Assembly: GCF_009914755.1 (NCBI RefSeq) | Contig: NC_060940.1 | DNA from: the human T2T-CHM13v2.0 reference genome, Homo sapiens | Reading direction: 5' to 3' (one strand) | Length of the DNA stretch: 64,000 nucleotides | Shown: piece by piece, positions 28,911 to 44,223 of the stretch | How positions within the stretch are numbered: the first letter of the stretch is position 1 | Layout: each line of letters starts with the position of its first letter | Notes under the pieces: generated by a model | Databases searched by the model: none | Told to the model about the DNA's origin: nothing | What the model saw: the letters and a program-made list of their open reading frames with translations, nothing else | Translations under genes and position numbers: made by a program

Positions 28911-29389
28911 ACAATGGTCCAAAGGCTCCAGCCCTAACTCTTAGGCAGAAGCCTACTTTGTGTGTCCCCAAGGGTAGGATATGTCTTATGCCTTGGACCT
29001 TGACAGTGACCATGGCCAGGTGCCCTTCTCTGCCTTGCCCTGACCCTGATCTTCACTGTTTTCCAAAATGAGTTCATTAAGAAAATGATTGGGCAGAGTA
29101 ATAGCTGGGGATTACGTTGCTCTTGTCAATAAGTTCTGGTTTTCACTTCTTTCTAGGGTCAGAAATCAGGAGTGAGGACTTGTTGAAAGAAATAGGAAGG
29201 AATCAGATCACATAAATGCTGGCCCCAAATGTTTGCATCATAAACCCATTGCCTAATTTTACAGTTGAGAAAATAAAGCTCTCTAAATAACCACAAAGCT
29301 CCTACTCCTACTTCAGACATATCAGAAAAATGAGATAATGCACAAACCAAGTTTCAAAAGCTCTATGGTAGGTCTGGAGAGATGGAGAT

Positions 29390-29845
29390 CAGTTCTTGTC
29401 TGTCAGCCCCTGTTCTTCCATTCTTATAAGGTTACAGAATCTCTAGCAAGGGACATGACAGCTCAGGGAAAAAGCACACATTTCCCAGCATTCTTTAAGG
29501 CAAAGTGTGTCCATGTGACCAACTTCTGGCAAACAGGCTGTAAGAAAATGTGATGCTGTGTCCTTAAAGACAAGGGACATGCCCTCCCTGCCCCCAAACC
29601 TTCATCGACCAGGTGGAATGTTGACAAGGGAGAGCATCAGAGCATCTTGGACCATGTGAATAAGGGTGTGGCTGCTGGGGATGACAGAGCAACTAAAAGG
29701 AGGAGGCACAGAGCTGCTATATCAGCCCCAGATGGCTTACTTTCTGATGATACATGAGAGAGAAATAAACTTTCATCAAATTTAAACCACATTTATTTGG
29801 GTTCTTCAAATTAATTTCCAAGCCCATAGCCTAACTAATACCCCT
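29390..29845 (+). mobile_element. Old MLT1 (I/J-like) LTR
   Basis: acatttcccagcattcttt...catgtgaccaacttctggc...gagagagaaataaactt...cctaactaata. Confidence 0.65.
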
Positions 29846-30101
29846 AGAAATGAGGAAGGATGGAAAAATCACACAACACAAGAGTTAAAAAATTAAGCTG
29901 GCTCTTCGACTACAGCATTCTAGAAGTTCATTTCCATGCTGGGCCTGCAGCCATGTAGTGTCAGTTTCCTCCTGCTCAGCTCTAAGGCTTCTTCTCCTGC
30001 ACCCTTTGTCCCTGCAGCCCCAAGACCTCTCTAAAGCCCTTCCTCTCTGACCACCAGGGAAAGCTGACAATCTTCTCATGTTAAAAAAAATCTTTTTTGT
30101 T

Positions 30102-30395
<294 letters not shown>

Positions 30396-30887
30396 AATAT
30401 TTCTTGTTGTTTCCAGTTTTAATAGGACAGAGTAAAGATGGCTTTGCCTGCTTCTTCTCATGAAAACTGTGGCAAAACAACTGTCTGGTTGATGTTCATT
30501 CCAGGAGTTCAAGGCTGTTTTCAGGCTACAAAATTTTTACCTACTTATTGATGTTGTGAGTTCTGTGAATAAATCATTTAATCTATGTGGAGAAATGTAC
30601 TAGGGTAGGGCAAGGTCTTATTCTCAAAGCAACCAAACATATATAGGAATAAGTTTACTAATAAATGTATAAGACATATATCAAGAAAATTTTAAACATT
30701 TGGGGACTAAACCAATGAAAACCCCTTGTGTAAATGGAAAGGCACAGGTAATCCTTCAGTAGGAAGGGTAGTTTTCTTTATTTAATCCATAAGTCCAACG
30801 TCATACCAAATAAAACCCCTATAGGATTTGTTTTAAAACTTGTGAAAATGATTCTAAAATTTACGCAGAAAAAATGTTAGAAGTGAC

Positions 30888-31287
<400 letters not shown>

Positions 31288-33169
31288 TTAAGAAAGCACA
31301 AGTATTGAAAGTCAAAGAATGGAAAATAGATATATCAGACAAGTATTAAGGGAAAGGGAAAATGGCACAGCTATATTAATATCTCACAACAATAAGTTTA
31401 AGACAATAAATATTACGCAGAATTCAGTTGAGGGCAATGTAGCAAATAATATAAACTAGAATCTAGAAATTTAGAATAAGATATAATATTCGACATCATT
31501 TTAAATACTTAACTCACAGGAAAGTGTACCCACGTACCAAAACCAAACAAGAAACTAAAACCAGAGGCATTGGTTTGGACTGAGGACCTCAGCTGATGCT
31601 TTGGCCAACAGGGGTGGGAATGGTGAAGAGTTGTAAGTCTTGATATCTGAGAAAGCAGAATTATAATATGCAGGAGGCATATTACAGGAACAAGGAATAG
31701 GAACAGAGACTTTTCTCACACACATACACTCATCCAATCATGAAAGGATAAATTTTTTAAAAATCTCATGAACAAAGAGAGATAACAAAGAATCTTATGG
31801 TCCTTGCCTAAGCTTTGAAGTGGTAGTAGAAATGTCTTCTAAAAATTTATAATCATAGTTTGCATCATTAAGTATAGAGTTTAAATTAATACTATCTACT
31901 TGGACCAGTAATTCATAATCCAAGAAATTACATTAAAAACTAATCCTGATAGACTTCTGAAATAGTCACAACAGAATTAGTAGGCAATGACATTTAAAAG
32001 TTATTACAACCATATCTGATACATCTAAAAGTTTGGTGGAGAAATGAAACATATAAAAAAGACCCAAATCAATCTTCTAAAGATAAAAACCTATAATGTG
32101 CAATAAAAATACATTGGATGGGATTAACGGCAGATTAGACATTACAGAAAAAAGATGAGTGAATTTGAAGACATAGCAACAGAAACTATTCAAAAACAAA
32201 CACAGAGAAAAGAAAATTAAAAATAAATGTACAGGACTGAGAAGTCCTGATTTCTTCACCTACTAGCTATGAGACCTTGGACAACCACTTAGCTTTTCTG
32301 AAATTCCAATGATTCATCTGAAAAATGAGATAATAGTTCACAGTTGTTGTAAATACTACACATAATGTTTTGCTTAAAGTACATACAACAGGGACCAGGA
32401 TTCAGTAGTTGCTCAATTAATGTTAACTTTTCCCCTCCTCTAAATTATTTGTGGACCTGATTACACTTTTTTATTTGTCAGTAATGAAGTTAGTAATGCA
32501 TAAGTTTGTAAATATGACATATTATAAGTAGGAGAAAGACCTACAGTGCCAAACTCCTTCAAAGTTTTTTGTGCATAACCTCACAGAAACATGCTAACAA
32601 CAATCAAGTTCGGAAGATTTTTACCACAGAGAAAGCAGATCCAATCCATTGTATGTTTCTGAAAATAGGTTAACAGGTGGGGGTTAGCACGTGAGGAGAG
32701 GGCATGAAAAAGAATCAAGCAGCCTGTCTCCAAATGAATACAACATACCTTCTTTCTCACATGTATTGCCTGATAATTTGCTTATATGTGCCTAGGAAGA
32801 GCCCTGAGCATTCTTCCTTACATAGTATGACCAGGTATTACACATTTTCCCCTAACTTGAAGGACGTTGGCCTCTGGCATAACACAATGATACTAGGTAC
32901 CAATCCCATAGACCTCCCAAGGGAATCGGTCCAATTATCAGCTCTGATGCTGAAGTTTCTAGAAGGAAGAGAAAGAATCTCAACCCCCACCGTGTCATAA
33001 AGAACCTTGTAAAAGACTGCTGATTTTAGAGGATTACAATTGCCAGGTACACCGGAGTGGAAAGCCCCAAGAAATTAACAGTGACCACTACAACCTGTGT
33101 TTAGTGTCATCCAGGTACAAAGGACAGCAGTAGAAAACAGAGAAGCCGTGGTGCTGTCCAAGGTGCTAG

Positions 33170-33638
<469 letters not shown>

Positions 33639-34029
33639 TGAATTCATTTGGTCAGAACCTGACACGTATCACCCAGTGCCCCAGTTCCTACTTGTCTTCT
33701 CTATCACTCTGCCTCAAAATCCAGAGATTCCAAGGATGATAATTTATTGTGGGCCCAAATGGCTAAGAGAGGCTCTTCTGGGAAGCTTTCTTACATCATA
33801 TAAATTTTTGTTAACATGAATTATTTGTATTTGAAAGATTTAAAAGACAAGGAAGCTATGTATTGTTCTTGTTGTTAACAATAAATTACCTCAACACTAT
33901 TTGAACATAATAAAAATGTAATAAAACCTGAAACTTCGTGTGTTCCAATTGCTTTATTCAACTAACTTACACTCCTTTCCTGGTGAGTTACCTTGCATTC
34001 AGGTGTTCTGAGCCATGAAAACATTTTTC

Positions 34030-34167
34030 TTTCTTTTCTCTTTTTTGTAGAGATGGGGTCTCGCTATGCTGCGTTGGCTGGTTTGGAACTCCTGGCCTCA
34101 AGGGATCCAACCATTTTAGTCTCCCAAAGTGCTAGGATTATAGACATGTGCCATGATGCCTGGCCCA
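34030..34167 (-). mobile_element. FLAM / Alu monomer
   Basis: Reverse-complement left monomer. Confidence 0.8.
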
Positions 34168-34309
34168 AAGACATCTTTAATCTGAATTGCACTTCATTAA
34201 CTATTAGACACATTTATGTTTATTATGTAATGCTTTCTTCACATCCATACTGAAGAAGATCCAGTAGGTATTATATCTATTTTATAGATGAAGAAAAACA
34301 AAGCTTACA

Positions 34310-34930
34310 TGTTACAGTCTTTGTAGAACATAGACTGTAGTGGGGGACACAACTTTTAAGTAAATCCACACCTGGATAAATATATTATTGTAAACTTTCA
34401 TTCGTGTGAGGGAGGTAAAGAGCAAGGTGTTTAGGAGATAATATCAAGGGAATACCATTTTAACTTGGAGGTAAGGAAAGGCCTGAGGAAGTGATCTTGA
34501 TCTTGGGCTGAGACCTGAAAGATAAGAATGAACTATCTGGGCACATAATCAAGGAGACAGCATTCCAGGCAGGAGGAATAGCATGTGTAGGCCCTTCAGT
34601 GGAAAAAAAAAAAAAAAAAAAGCTTGACACATCATGGGGAGAGAGGAGGGAGGAAGTGCTGCGCCATGAAGTCATTAGAGCTTTGCAGGCCATGTTAAAG
34701 AGTTTGGATTTTATTCCAAGGTCAATGGAAACCCATTGAAATGTTTTAAGAAAAGCATGTTATGTTCCATATTTTTAAAAGCACACCTGGCTGCTGACTG
34801 GCAGATAGATTAGAAGGATTCAAGAGCAGAAGTGGGGAGACTACTTAAGGAGCAATTGTGGTAGTCTAGGAAAGAAATGTTGGTGGCTCAGAACAAGGCA
34901 GTAGCACCAGGAACTGGAGAGAAGCTCCAT
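34310..34930 (-). mobile_element. L2 fragment
   Basis: gctgagacctgaaaga...cattccaggcaggaggaatagcatgtg...gagtttggattttattcc...ccattgaaatgttttaag. Confidence 0.7.
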
Positions 34931-35015
34931 GTTGCTCATCAGTAACATGTTCTGTCATCATGTGCTATCATCTAGCATGTTGCTTAGCACACAGAAGTCA
35001 CTAAATAAATATTTA

Positions 35016-35806
<791 letters not shown>

Positions 35807-36061
35807 TTAGTCTATCTAAAATTAGGCACTTCAGTGACACACGAAAACGTTGTGCCCCACAGCATAGTTGCTCTGAGAGGAAGCTTCTTTGAAGTAGAAA
35901 TAAGAAATGTGCAGCCACCACTGAAAACAGAATGGGATTTCATCACAAAAATGCTCATCTGGGCCATCCTCTAACATCTAAAGGATTTCAGTTGAGTAGA
36001 CTACTAATATTCACTACTAGAATATAAGACACATTCTCATTGCCTGAAAGTTCTGTCTCCC

Positions 36062-36555
36062 TCTCATTAGTTTGGGTTTCCCTGAAGGCAGGGCTTGAGA
36101 CAAGGACTCGAACGCACATTTATTCAGGAGATGATCCCAGGAAGCAGTACTAAAAGAACCCAAGGAGTGAGACAGGATAGGAGGAAATGACAATATGAAG
36201 TGTTCTAAAGGTTGATGCTATGAGCACTGGGACCTCCAGGAAAGAGTAAAGAATTCCTCCTCTAATTGTCCACTTGAAAGATGGGAAACTGGAACCTTTA
36301 TCCTCAAACTCTTGTCCAGCATCATTAAGGGTTTTTCTGGGATTGCTAACTTGCCCTGTGTATTCGCAGGCTGTGCTTCCTAGTTGAGTGAGCTCTGGAA
36401 AAGTGCCTGAAGCAGAATGTCAGAAGGCATGTGGAGTGTTTGAGCAGTGCAAAGGGAGCTCTAAGTTCACATACAACTGTTCACCGCAGCTACAGCGAAA
36501 GCAAGAGGTGTGCCAAAGTGATGTGCGTGCATCTCAGAGGTATCTGCTCTATTCT
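36062..36555 (-). mobile_element. LTR33-like ERVL LTR
   Basis: gggtttccctgaaggcagggcttgagacaaggac...tttattcaggagatgatcccaggaagca. Confidence 0.7.
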
Positions 36556-36711
36556 CCCATCAATCTACTAGATTTCACTATACCCAGCCTGTAAACTGGG
36601 GATAAATATAGCAACTACCCTAGAGTTGTTATGCACATTGAAATTCAAATACCAATTTTTTTTTCCTTATCCAAAGCTTTTAGACATGTAGAATACAATG
36701 GCAGTCATGCG

Positions 36712-37630
36712 CCATGGCAGAGGCTGCTAGCTATCCACTCAAACACTTGTTCTCCTTCCTCCTCCTAAACAAAATCTCGAAGTTATTTGATGTAGTACAC
36801 TGCCACTCAGCTGAAGGATATAGTGTCCTCGGGAGCCAGGTATAGTCAGGTGACTAAGTTCTTGAAATAAACATTTAACTGGAAATGTTCTATGGTACTT
36901 ACAGAAAGTCTTCCTTAAGGCAAAGTGCCATGCTCTTCTTCCCCTTCCTCTACTGTCTGGAACAAGCTCTTGATGGTTGGAGTTCTAGCAGCCACCTTGG
37001 ACCATGAGGATAATGGCCCCGTTGAGGATGGCCAAGTGGTACTTTGGAAGGAGATTTGGTCCCCACTAACATTGTAGAACTGCCTTAGCTGCCCTGGGCT
37101 ATCTCCAGACTCCTAAGAAAAATTCTATCTTGTATTAGGGTGTCTTGTTTAGGGGTTTTCTGATATATACAGATGAACCTCAGTGACGGTGGTGGGCTGA
37201 ATAATACCCATCCAAAGATACCAGGTCCTGATTCCTGGAACGCATGAATGTTGCCCTAAATGGCAAAGTTCTTGCAGTTGTCACTAAATTAAGGGTCCTA
37301 AGATAAATAATTATCCTGGACTATTTGGGTGAGTCCTAAATGCCATCACAAATGCCCTTATGAGAGAGAGGCCAGGGAGATTGGACACAGAGAAGGTGAT
37401 GTGAAGACAGCAGAGATTGCAGTGATGTTGCCACTAAGGAATGCCGGCAGCCACCAGCAGCTTAAAGAAAGACCAGATTCTGCCCTAGAGCCTTCTGAGG
37501 GAGTATGGCTTTGCTGACAAACTGTTTCTGCCCAGGGAAATTGTTTTCAGACTTCTAGCCTCTAGAACTGTGAGAACAGATTTCTGTTAAGAAGCCAAAG
37601 AAAACGAGTACATTAATCATAACTGATTCA
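36712..37630 (+). mobile_element. Old MLT1 (H/I/J-like) LTR with an MLT1C/D-like LTR (about 37186-37612) inserted near its end
   Basis: ggcagaggctgctagcta...gcagccaccttggaccatgagg; ggtgggctgaataat...gattatcctgga-like...ctagaactgtgaga. Confidence 0.7.
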
Positions 37631-38169
37631 AAGACAGTTACTCAATTGGAGGGGGCTTCCTGACAGTGGCACTGGGGTCAGGGGCCAAGGGAGCTAACTA
37701 CTCAGTAGTGAAGAACAGAGAAAAGGAAACAAACCTCACTCAGCTATCCCTACACCTCAAGGCTGAAGTTGGGGGGCCTTACTTGGACCTCAGTCGGGCC
37801 AGCTCTCTGCTTCAGGTACATGATATGAAGACACCCATTTTCAGACGCTGTTGAGAGGTACACAGCCAATAAGACAGGGAGGCAGTGCTAAGAACCGGAT
37901 CCTCTCCCTACTAGAGGCATGCTACCTCCCTCATGACAACTCTCCTGGGACAGTTTGTACTGGACATATTTTATGATTCTATCTCAACCTATGGTTTCCT
38001 CTTTGATGCCAATTCTCCACCTCCCATTGTGTGAAGCCAAGCAAAGCCTCCCCATCTTGACTTTATCCTAATATTCTCCTCCACCCCTAAGGACCATATC
38101 TGTTTCTTCCAACAATCTCTCTTCTGTTACCAAGATACAGTGTCACATACTTTACATACAACTTCCATA

Positions 38170-38400
38170 GGGCCATACTGTGCAACAGCTAGAACATGAG
38201 TTCTGAAACCAGACTGCCTGTATTCGAATACCTACTCCACTACTGTGTCCTTAGGCAACCTAATTAATGTCTTCCCAACTGTAACATGGAGTTAATTATA
38301 GCACACTCTTCATAAAGTTATCATATTGAGTAAATCTGTGTAGTGACTAGGAAAGTGTCTGTCACATGTTAAGTGCCAAAAAAAAATTACTGCTGTTATC
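38170..38400 (+). mobile_element. MIR
   Basis: ccagactgcctgtattcgaatacc...ctgtgtccttaggcaa... Confidence 0.6.
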
Positions 38401-38800
38401 ATTTACTACAGGGCAGCTGGGCTGATGCAGCAGCATTTGAAGCAGTCCCTGACCATGGTTACTTTAACCAGTTTTTTTTTCTGAGTGGCTTTTAGGTTTT
38501 CTGCCTTCAAAAAGATCCCCCTGGAAATAACCCAAATGCCCACCGACAGTAAGCAATAAATTGTGGTATATTCATGTAATGGAATACGACATAGCAATGA
38601 GAATGAATCTGTACTGATGATTCCATTGACACAAAAGAACAAAAACAGGCAAAATAATTTCTGGTGATAGAAGTCAGGGTAGAGGTTCCATAAGGACTCT
38701 AACAAGGTACAGGAGACTTGTAAGGTCCTATGTTCTATTTATTTATCTTGGTGATTATAAGGCTATGTTCTTTGTAAAAATTCAAGTTGTACAACCATGA

Positions 38801-39099
<299 letters not shown>

Positions 39100-39599
39100 T
39101 GACTCATGCATTTTTATGTTTGTGTTATACTTCAATTAAAAGGTGTTTACTCAATTCCCCAAGTCTATCATTCATTGGTCAACCCAAGCACATGATACAA
39201 CTGCTCATTCATCTGCTGACAAGTAAGGAAGAGGTGGTGAAGCCACCCAGGTGCTAGACGCAGTAAGCAATTAAGTCTGGAATTGGGTAGGGAGATTCCA
39301 ACACTGGCTGGCAGCGGAAGGACACGTGGGAGAAAAACAGGGTGCAGTTTGTGTTCATCACCAAAGAAAAGGGCCAGCCCTGTTTTCCTACTGAGAGATC
39401 TCTGCAGTGTGTCTTATGACCAAGAACCATGGCATTTCCTTGGCTCCCTAGCCAGGTCAAGGGCAAAGCGGGCGTGCTGTCCTAGGAATTAAAATGGCAA
39501 ATACCAAGATATAATAGCTACAATAGCCTGGCATTTCTCAGTTAAAGGCCTAGAGTAGCATCCATTCCAAATAAAAAACTGAATAAACAGAAAATGAAA

Positions 39600-40387
39600 G
39601 CTTTAAGAGTGAAAGCTTTTAGTTTCCTAGTTAAGACTTTTCTTGAGAATGGATTCACTGGTGCAGACATAATTTTGTAGTACAATGAGATTTTTGTTAC
39701 AGAGCTCAAGTTGTTAGAACTTCTATCTACTAGTGGTGTCTGATATAACCTGGGCTCTCCAGTGTTACAGTGGGCTTCCCAATCTCATCACAATCATGGG
39801 GTTGAGGAGCTGCCATGACTATAACTAAAGACTTTCCCATATATCATACACACAAAACATTTCTCCATCAGGTATGTTATCCCTGAAAACTTCAAACAAC
39901 TGCTACAATGACAACACTGTTTAAGTCAAAATTCTGTTCCAAGGCAAGAAAACCTAACTCAGGTGTGCCAAAGCCAAAACCAACCAAACAAAAATGGAAT
40001 TTATTGGCTGCTGCAATTCAAAAACCCGTATATATTTTTAGCTTCAGGCATGGTGTATGTGGCTGTTCAAACATTATCTTCAGTCTTTTACTGCTCTCCA
40101 ATTCTCAGATGCATTTTTGCTGTGTGGACTTCATTCTCACCTCTGTAAGAGTCTAGTTCTTCTTCTCAGCATTAAAACCAATGGGGGTGGGCGGGGGGAG
40201 AGTATTTGTTCCTATTAGCTCTTGCAATCCTGGGACTCTAATTGAACCATCTTTGGTCATCTACTGACATCTGAATCATTAACTGTGGCTTGAGGGATGG
40301 ATCAGAGGCTGAGTCAGGCCTGTGTCACACATTCCATTCCTGAGTAGAAGACGGAATCCACTCAGTACATTTCACTGGAGTGTACTA
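39600..40387 (-). pseudogene. Decayed (fossil) zinc-finger array behind the ZNF19 stop codon
   Basis: Broken translations: EKCFVCMIYGKVFSYS, TTKLCLHQ*IHSQEKS*, KAFTLKA, HLRI-GEQ, NCSSQ*I. Confidence 0.7.
40000..40005 (-). terminator. Candidate proximal ZNF19 polyadenylation signal AATAAA with downstream GU-rich element
   Basis: Minus strand reads AATAAAttccatttttGTTTGGTTGGTTTTGGCTTTGG. Confidence 0.55.
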
Positions 40388-41490
40388 TTACCAGTAAAAG
40401 GGGGTAAAAAATTCTGGGAGGCCAAAACGACAAATGTCCAGCACAGGCTTCTCTCCAGAGTAGACATGCTCAAGGTGACCTAGCTGGGAAGAAGTCCCAA
40501 AGGCCTTCTCATACTTGCTACACTCATAGGGTTTCTCTCCAGTATGGATTCTTTGATGCTGATGAAGATTTCTTTTGCTAGTCAAGGCTTTTCCACACTC
40601 ATCACATACATAGGAAGACTCCTGAGTATGAATTCTCAGATGCCTTTTTAATTGTTCCTGAGCACTGAAGGCTTTTCCACAATCTACACAGTCAAAGGGT
40701 TTCTCCTCACTGTGAATTCTCTGGTGCCGAGTTAGTTTTGTATGAAAATTGAAGGCTTGTCCACATACTTTACAAGAATAAGGCTTTTCCCCTGTGTGAA
40801 TACGCTGATGTTGGCTTAGATGGGAAGTCCTTCCAAAGCTTTTGCCACACTCATTACACTCATAGGGTTTCTCTCCAGTGTGGATTTTCTGATGCCGAAG
40901 TAGGGGTGAATTACCAACAAAAGCTTTGCCACACTCATTACACTCATAGGGTTTCTCCCCAGTGTGGATTCTCTGATGTATAACAAACTCGGAACTACTG
41001 GTGAAACTATTCCCACACTCTGTACAGTAATAGGGTCTGTCCCCACTGTGGATTCTCTGATGCCTGATCAGATTTGCATTATCATTAAAGGCTCGCCCAC
41101 ACTCCTCACAGTGATAGGGTCTCTCTCCAGTGTGAATCCTCTGGTGCCGAATTAACGAAGAATTACCATTAAAGGCTTTTCCACACTCACTACACTCAAA
41201 AGGTTTCTCCCCAGTGTGGATTCTCTGGTGTCTAGCATAGTAAGAAAAGTAGCTGAAGGATTTCCCACACTCCTCACATATGAAAGGTTTCCTTGCACAG
41301 GGGATTCTTGGAACCTTTCCTTGGATATTTTTCACTGTGGGGATGTCCTGGTGCTTTTCCACATTACGTGTTTCTGGGAAGTCAGTTCTCTGAGGGACAC
41401 TCTTCAGCTGACCATGTGACATCATCCCATCTCTTTCTTCAGAAATTCCCTGGATTAATGTGGACTCACTGTCAATGTTGGTCTCAACAT
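40388..41490 (-). CDS. ZNF19: ZNF19 final coding exon: spacer, 9 intact C2H2 fingers, 1 degenerate finger, C-terminus ...FFTPFYW
   Basis: ORF 40388..41515; acceptor cttatgtcAG|ATGTT at 41491/41490 in phase 1. Protein recognised as ZNF19/KOX12; the assembled CDS is 458 aa. Confidence 0.96.
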
Positions 41491-43445
41491 CTGACATAAG
41501 AGATAGAAAACACAAATAATGCCACCTGAGAACTATACTAGAAATAATAGAGCATTGAAAATGATAAGGCTTTAAAAGAGATCATTTCAACTTTCACATC
41601 AGCATGCTGGGAAGAAAAGGCTGTTAAAGTGAAAGTGCCAAATATCACACAGGCAGAGAACATTGAGGTGGAACAGGGTATCAGTGGACACAACACACGA
41701 GACTGCTTCCTAAGCTTTTCTACTCTAATATTTGAATGATGTCTGGTCATCCCTGGCATGAGCTAGTATCTTTTGAATTGATGCTACTTACAGCCTACAA
41801 AATGCCAAAGAAGGCACAGGTCTTAAGAACAAGTAGTGACATCGGGGCTGGCAAGACTTAGAATCAGAAAGTGAAACAGAACAGTATCAGAAAGCAAAGG
41901 CAAAGGATGAATTGTTGTTCTTTTTAAAAGCTCATACCCTGCAGATGTCCCAAAAGACTTAAGACACTGAACATTACAGACACTGGGTTGTGGCAAGACA
42001 GAGAGAAAGAAAATCACAGAAGTGCTTAGAGAGTATTATTCCCAATATGTTGTAAGATTACCTAGTTCAGAGGTTCTTAACTGCAGAACCACACATGGAC
42101 TATAGACGATGAGGAAACGCCCTAAAACTGCTGAACCTCAAACATGCAGAGAAACTACTGTCCTAGACTCTCTATTTGAAAAGGGATGAACAGTTTACTT
42201 AGACACACCCAGACTGAGAGTATTCTTTCTCCTATCAGCAAAAAGGAGACAAACAGCCCATAAAATGGCATTTGTGTTCCAAAAGATTGGATGACATTTT
42301 AAATGAGTTAAAGTCAATCCATTTTATATGAAATGATGGGCTTGGTTTTAACATTAATGTGGGTTACCTGGGACTCATGTGATGGTTAATCAAGTTCATC
42401 CTATGAGTGTGAGTTAAAGGAGTAAGGGAACTCCGAAGGAGAATGTTCAGAGGAGAGTAATCTGAGATTGAAGTAAACAAGGTAACCAAGAGTCTGAAAA
42501 AGAATAATCACCAGACAGAGGAAGCGTGTGAGAACAAACCAACAGGTTCTCAATTGTCTTGATGATTCTTTTTCAGATTCTTAGAATAAGAGGCTGAAGT
42601 GCTGTGCTAGCTTCATTATTTTCCACGTATTTGCTCTCTGCAAACCACCTGCACTGAAACTCCTGCCTCTGCCTTCAATTTCACTGTTTGCTCTTGGTGG
42701 CCCCCATCTATTTGACTGTCTACTTTCTCTTCCTTCTCTCACTGAAATTAAATATCCCTTAATGGTTAAGATTCAGCCTTCATTTTTTCTTCCTGGGGAT
42801 CGTTTCAACCCAGCTGTGTTAGAGTACTGTTTCAGACCTGCCTTTTATCTCAGACTCTCCACCCACCTTCTCAATGGCCTGCTCTAGCCATCCACTTGCC
42901 TATTCTAAAGGCACCTCACGCCCTGTGCTCAGCTCTGAATTCCTATGAATTCAAAAAGCTCCTCCCATGCCATGACTTCCTAGTGTTATCTGACTCAGCT
43001 CTCCCCATTTATGGCCAACTTTTGGGAAGATCTGGCCCATTTTACCTTCACATTCTCCGTCCCACTCCCAACAGCACTTAATACTTTTCTTTTTCGCTTT
43101 TTACATCTGTCTCCATAACTTGTACCTGCCAGAACTTCTTAAACAACGTTCAGCACATGGCAAGTTGCTCAAAAACTGCTCCTGAATAAATCCATCCCAA
43201 CCAAGGAGGACAACTAAGGTAGGCAATGTTGAAACTCAGAAAGGAACAATGGATTCAAGGATTGCAGATGAGACGTACTGAGTGATTACATGTTGGTAAG
43301 AGTTAAGATTGGTGAGAAACGTTTCATATTTTACCTATTAGGTGAAATCATCTATTTTATTTAAATCCTGCCCAGCATGATTCATTTTAAAATACAGTGC
43401 TCCATAAAACGCTACAATTGTTGGTTCTAAATCTGCCTCACCTAC

Positions 43446-43559
43446 CTTTACAGACGTTTTTGGTCCTCTCTGCTGGGGGATCATCCTGTGCTTCCAGGCC
43501 CCAAGCCATGTCCCCTCTCTCCAAAAGTGAGATCAGTGCAGGTTTGGGAACTGGGTACC
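43446..43559 (-). CDS. ZNF19: ZNF19 KRAB-B exon (114 nt; GYPVPKPALISLLERGDMAWGLEAQDDPPAERTKNVCK)
   Basis: Acceptor ttttcAG|GGTAC, donor AAG|GTAGGT; KPALISLLE motif; phase 1-1. Confidence 0.94.
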
Positions 43560-43974
43560 CTGAAAACAGGAAGAAAATGGTACTTTTCAGCCCTGTATCT
43601 GCTGTGTCAAAAGAAGGAAAACCCCAGGAGTCTCAGTAAGAATAAGACCCACAGAAGAGGGTTCTCGACTGGAGAAGGCCAAAGAGATTCCGATCAACAG
43701 GAAACTGAGCATTTGTGACTTCTTCCTAAAAAAAACACTCAAGGATAAGTAAGTCAGTGAGATCCACAAGGCATGAGCAAACACAGGGAAGGGGACATGC
43801 CCTTCCCCAGACAACAACTACTACTTATTCCTTACTGTGCAGAGCCTCTTGGAAGATGGAACATACTCTTACCAGGGGACAGTAATTCCCTTCATTGGGA
43901 GACCAAAGTGACCCAAGACCTCTCCCTACCCAGCAATCTTTGAAGTTGGTCACTGAGCCTCAGCTCTGCAGTCA

Positions 43975-44223
<249 letters not shown>

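Noticed and set aside
32540-32680. Short frame KHANNNQVRKIFTT faintly resembling ribosomal protein S3A (RNNQIRKT)
   Set aside because: The match covers only a few residues, with no extension, poly(A) or TSD; insufficient for a pseudogene call.
40388-40410. ZNF19 C-terminal PFYW as a Groucho/TLE-binding WRPW-like motif, tempting given the neighbouring TLE gene
   Set aside because: It does not match the WRPW/WRPY consensus, and gene adjacency is not evidence of interaction.
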